NCBI GenBank assembly: GCA_035553595.1 | Contig: DATMKA010000051.1 | Location: 1-44,666, forward strand | Length of the DNA: 44,666 nt | Direction: 5' to 3' | Source: Thermoplasmatota archaeon | GTDB taxonomy: Archaea > Thermoplasmatota > SW-10-69-26 > JACQPN01 > JAJPHT01 | Part shown: positions 41,784 to 44,666 of the stretch, one piece after another | How the letters are laid out: the number at the start of each line of letters is the position of its first letter | Numbering within the stretch: the first letter of the stretch is position 1 | The notes under the pieces: model-generated | Database searches by the model: none | The model's input: only the letters and a program-made list of their open reading frames with translations | Told to the model about the DNA's origin: nothing | Made by a program: the position numbers and the translations under genes

Positions 41784-42271
41784 CCGGCGATTTTGACGCC
41801 GAGGGTGCGGCAGAGCTCGAGGTGGTCGTCGTTATCGATCCATTCCACGTAGAGGAACCTCACGAGGTCCTCCTCGCTCATGCCGAGGCGGCGGGCCTCC
41901 GCCACGGTGACCTCGTAGGCCTCGATCTCGGTGGGCCGGGCGACGTACTTGTACTTGTGGTCGAAGAGGTCGCGACCGTCCCAGTGCTGCTTCACGTGCA
42001 CGACCTCGTGGCAGAGGTCGAGGTAGAGGTGCATCTCGGGACCCTCGAGCCAGTAGGGGTTGCTCACGTAGAGGGTGCCGTCGTCGTTGTCGACCCACAT
42101 GTAGCCCCAGTCGTCCACGAGCTCGATGTGGACGCGGTCGAGCGCCGCGAGGGCGGCGGCGTGCCCCCCGAAGAGGCGGTCGAGGCTTGGACTGTGCTCG
42201 AGGCCCGTCACGAGGTCCTTGAGCTTGTGGCGCCCGACGCCCGCGTTCCGGTGGAGCTTGAAGTCCTTCAC
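41780..42271 (-). CDS. HExxH-motif protein (putative zinc metallopeptidase-like), co-transcribed with the antiporter
   Basis: LCHEVVHVKQH with a downstream EIEAYE. GTG start about 30 nt after CAATAAGTTC. Confidence 0.65.
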   Translation of the reverse strand: MKDFKLHRNAGVGRHKLKDLVTGLEHSPSLDRLFGGHAAALAALDRVHIELVDDWGYMWVDNDDGTLYVSNPYWLEGPEMHLYLDLCHEVVHVKQHWDGRDLFDHKYKYVARPTEIEAYEVTVAEARRLGMSEEDLVRFLYVEWIDNDDHLELCRTLGVKIAG

Positions 42272-42640
42272 GGCCTAACTTAGCCGGACGGTGGCCATGA
42301 ACTTATTGTTGGGGGCCTGGCGGAAGCACTCAGGTGCCGGCCACGTGCAGCAGCACGGCGACCTCGAGGAGGACGAGGACCGTGACCGCGAAGGCCGCCC
42401 GCAGGGTGTGCATGAAGGTCATTGATCCGGATAGGACCGTGAGGAGGATAAGAAGCGCGATTGAGTTTGGCGACTCCCGAACGTTCCTCAATCAGAGAGC
42501 GCGCAGGCGGAGCGTAACCCCCTGAACAGTCCCCTGCAAGGGCCTCCCGCCGACGATATACCGTTGGGGCCCGGTGATGAAACAGGAAAAGGAGGCATCG
42601 CTGCCCGCAGCACGCGCCAAGACGGCACTGGGGAGTCCAG

Positions 42641-42700
42641 AGGGGGCTGGGCCCCCTTTGGCCGGGGAGAGTCCAGAGAGGGGGTGGAACCCCCTCTCTG
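42641..42700 (-). terminator. Two related GC hairpins downstream of etfA (7-bp at 42641-42657; 11-bp at 42674-42700)
   Basis: AGGGGGC-TGG-GCCCCCT and CAGAGAGGGGG-TGGAA-CCCCCTCTCTG. On the plus strand each is preceded by, and partly overlaps, GAGTCCAGAG. Confidence 0.45.
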
Positions 42701-42746
42701 TCACGCAGCAGCGGGCGCGAGAGCGCACGCGCGGAGTGTTCCGGAT

Positions 42747-43682
42747 CTACTTCTTGAGCTCGCGCTTCAGGGCCGCGTTGAGGGCAGGGAGCACCTTGTA
42801 CAGGTCGCCCACGATGCCGTAGTCGGCCTGCTTGAAGATGGGGGCGTCCTTGTTGTTGTTGATCGCCACAATCACCTTCGAGGCGCGGATGCCGGTGGTG
42901 TGCTGGATCTGGCCGCTGATGCCGGCGGCGATGTAGAGCTTGGGCTTCACTTCCTTGCCGGAGAGGCCGATCCAGTATTCGTCGGTGAGCCAGCCGAGGT
43001 CGGTGGCGAGGGGGCGGGTGCAGCCGACCTGGCCGCCCACGGTCTGGGCGAGGTCGAAGGCGAGCTTGAGGTCGTCCTTGTTCTTGAAGCCGCGACCGAC
43101 GGCCACGACGCTCGTGGCGTTCTCGAGGTCCACGCTTGCGGGCGGGCGGGCCTTGGTCTCGACGATGCGCACCTTGGCGTCGGTGACGCTGGCGGTGCTC
43201 TTCGTGACCTGGGCGTTGCCGCCGGTGGCGGGCTCGAAGAGGCGGCTCGCGAAGGCGGCCACCACGATGGGGGTGTTGGGGACTTCGGTGGCGATGGTCT
43301 TGCCGCCGAGGAAGGTGCGCTCGAACTCCAGCTTGTCGCCGTTCTTCTTGACGCTGCTCGCGTTCGTGACGCAGCCGGCGTCGAGGCGGACGGCGAGGCG
43401 GGAGGCGACTTCCTTGCCCTTCTTCGTGCTCGGGAGGAAGACGTAGTTGGCGCCGGTCTCCTTGGCGATGGCGGCGAGGGCTTCGGCCGCGGGGCCCGCG
43501 AGGAGGCCCTTGAGGGCGGCGTTGTCGTTCTGGACGACCTTGGTGGCGCCGATGGCGGTGAAGCCGGCGGCGGCCTGGTCGCCGAGGACGGCGACGACGG
43601 GGGTCGCGCCCACGGTGGTTGCGGCGGTCACGAGCTCGGCGGCGTCGCGGGGTTCGGGGGCCCAGATGAGTGCGGTCGTCAT
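42747..43682 (-). CDS. etfA: Electron transfer flavoprotein alpha subunit
   Basis: C-terminal FAD-binding motif YIAAGISGQIQHTTGIRASKVIVAINNNKDAPIF. Confidence 0.9.
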   Translation of the reverse strand: MTTALIWAPEPRDAAELVTAATTVGATPVVAVLGDQAAAGFTAIGATKVVQNDNAALKGLLAGPAAEALAAIAKETGANYVFLPSTKKGKEVASRLAVRLDAGCVTNASSVKKNGDKLEFERTFLGGKTIATEVPNTPIVVAAFASRLFEPATGGNAQVTKSTASVTDAKVRIVETKARPPASVDLENATSVVAVGRGFKNKDDLKLAFDLAQTVGGQVGCTRPLATDLGWLTDEYWIGLSGKEVKPKLYIAAGISGQIQHTTGIRASKVIVAINNNKDAPIFKQADYGIVGDLYKVLPALNAALKRELKK

Positions 43683-43683
43683 G

Positions 43684-44442
43684 TTAGCTCACCACTCCGT
43701 CCTTGACGAGGAGCTTGGCAAGGTTGTCGGCGGCCTCCTCGGGGGAGTTGCCGGCGATCATCTGCTGCTTGCGCTCGCTCTTGGGGGCCACGTTGCGGGG
43801 GCGGTCCACCTTGACGGTGACGTCGGGGGCGCCGAGGTCGGCGGCCGTCATGACCTTCTGGGGCTTGTTCTTCGCCTGGAGGATCTGCATGAGCGCGGGG
43901 AGGCGGGGGGTGTTGAGGGCGTCGGTGACGGTCACGACGACGGGGAGCTTGGCTTCGAGGACTTCGATGCCGTTCTCGCCTTCGCGTTCGATGGTGACGG
44001 TGCCGTTCGCGAACTTGAGGTCGGTGGCGTAGCTCAGCAGGGGCCAGCCGAGGTGCTCGGCCACGCGGGGGCCGGTCTGGCCGCTGTGGGAGTCGGCGGA
44101 CTCCTCGGCGGCGAGGACGAGCTCGACGTCGCCGAGCTTCTTGACGGCCGCGGCGAGGAGGCGGGCCTTCTCGGCGGTGTCGGCCTTTGTGAACTTCTCA
44201 TCGCGGAGCAGGAGCGCGTCGTCGCAGCCCATGGCGAGGACTTCCTTCATGGATTCCTCGAGCTTGGGGCCGCCGAGGGAGACGGCGGTGACCTTGCTGC
44301 CGACGTTCTTTTCCTTAATCTGGACGGCGGCTTCGACGGCATTCTTGTCGTAGTCGCTGACCTTGACGCCGACGCCCCCGAGGTCGGGGGCCCCGGTCTT
44401 GGGGTCGACGCGGATGGCTTCCACGTCGGGCGTCTGCTTCAC
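43684..44442 (-). CDS. etfB: Electron transfer flavoprotein beta subunit (true start probably upstream, see findings)
   Basis: VKQTPD......DYDKNAVEAAVQIKE...LGGPK architecture. Stop lies 1 nt before the etfA ATG. Confidence 0.9.
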   Translation of the reverse strand: MKQTPDVEAIRVDPKTGAPDLGGVGVKVSDYDKNAVEAAVQIKEKNVGSKVTAVSLGGPKLEESMKEVLAMGCDDALLLRDEKFTKADTAEKARLLAAAVKKLGDVELVLAAEESADSHSGQTGPRVAEHLGWPLLSYATDLKFANGTVTIEREGENGIEVLEAKLPVVVTVTDALNTPRLPALMQILQAKNKPQKVMTAADLGAPDVTVKVDRPRNVAPKSERKQQMIAGNSPEEAADNLAKLLVKDGVVS

Positions 44443-44666
44443 GAGCGTGACGATGCGGACCAGGATGGATTCCTCCTGTCGGCGGCTAACCTCTCACACG
44501 TTAAGAACCTATCGCCACTATGAGGCACAATCCCACCCATTTGGGCGGGCCCTGGGGGACAGGGCGCGGCCCCTCTGGCACCCCCAGGACGACGCCTCAC
44601 CCCCACACTTATTCCATTGTCATACGACAGCGTTATATCTGGGGGTGGGGATGGGGGCTCAACCCC

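Noticed and set aside
42330-42422. 30-aa hydrophobic minus-strand ORF (MTFMHTLRAAFAVTVLVLLEVAVLLHVAGT).
   Set aside because: No convincing TATA or SD at a suitable distance, and no recognisable family. It is too short to distinguish from chance in this composition.
42574-42580. C-box-like GTGATGA suggesting a C/D box sRNA. A similar ATGACGA / CTGA / ATGACCA / CTGA set occurs at 14260-14325 on the minus strand.
   Set aside because: No properly spaced D box with terminal complementarity at 42574. In the 14260-14325 case the putative C' box is immediately followed by the D box, leaving no guide region.

Overview
High-GC (roughly two-thirds G+C by eye) archaeal chromosomal window. Archaeal identity rests on AglB/STT3, archaeal DnaG, ribosomal protein L41e, UPF0058 and UPF0146 proteins, and TATA boxes about 25-30 nt upstream of start codons, which implies many leaderless mRNAs. 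The lineage cannot be assigned from sequence alone. About 45 real genes are supported. Most very long ORFs in the track are antisense shadow ORFs typical of GC-rich DNA. Content is mainly housekeeping (asnS, dnaG, serB, etfAB, trkAH, two SlyD-like FKBPs, three GNATs) plus cell-envelope and glycosylation genes (aglB, GT4, GT2/Dpm1-like, GT39, a flippase-like protein, lipoproteins, sequon-rich surface proteins, MscS, a Kef-type antiporter, an OPT transporter). I found no rRNA, intact tRNA, CRISPR array, transposase or integrase. The most unusual signals are non-coding. (1) Two 177-bp tandem units at 13825-14173 have identical hairpin scaffolds but a hyper-diverged 32-nt core. They lie next to a tRNA-like T-arm fragment and a structured region downstream of an rpl41e gene too short for the ORF track. 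(2) The last 9-18 codons of dnaG are triplicated downstream of the gene, and the copies differ only synonymously, which looks like fossil att sites. (3) Two different short-repeat arrays lie in one intergenic region (19595-19817), beside two Cys-rich mini-ORFs, one of which is too short for the ORF track. Also notable: an alcohol dehydrogenase interrupted by an in-frame TAG at the conserved GHE glutamate, a PdaD-like protein lacking the Ser-Ser self-processing site, a half-length crcB remnant, and an Arg/Glu-rich repeat insertion in DnaG. All functional calls come from motif recognition by eye, with no database search.
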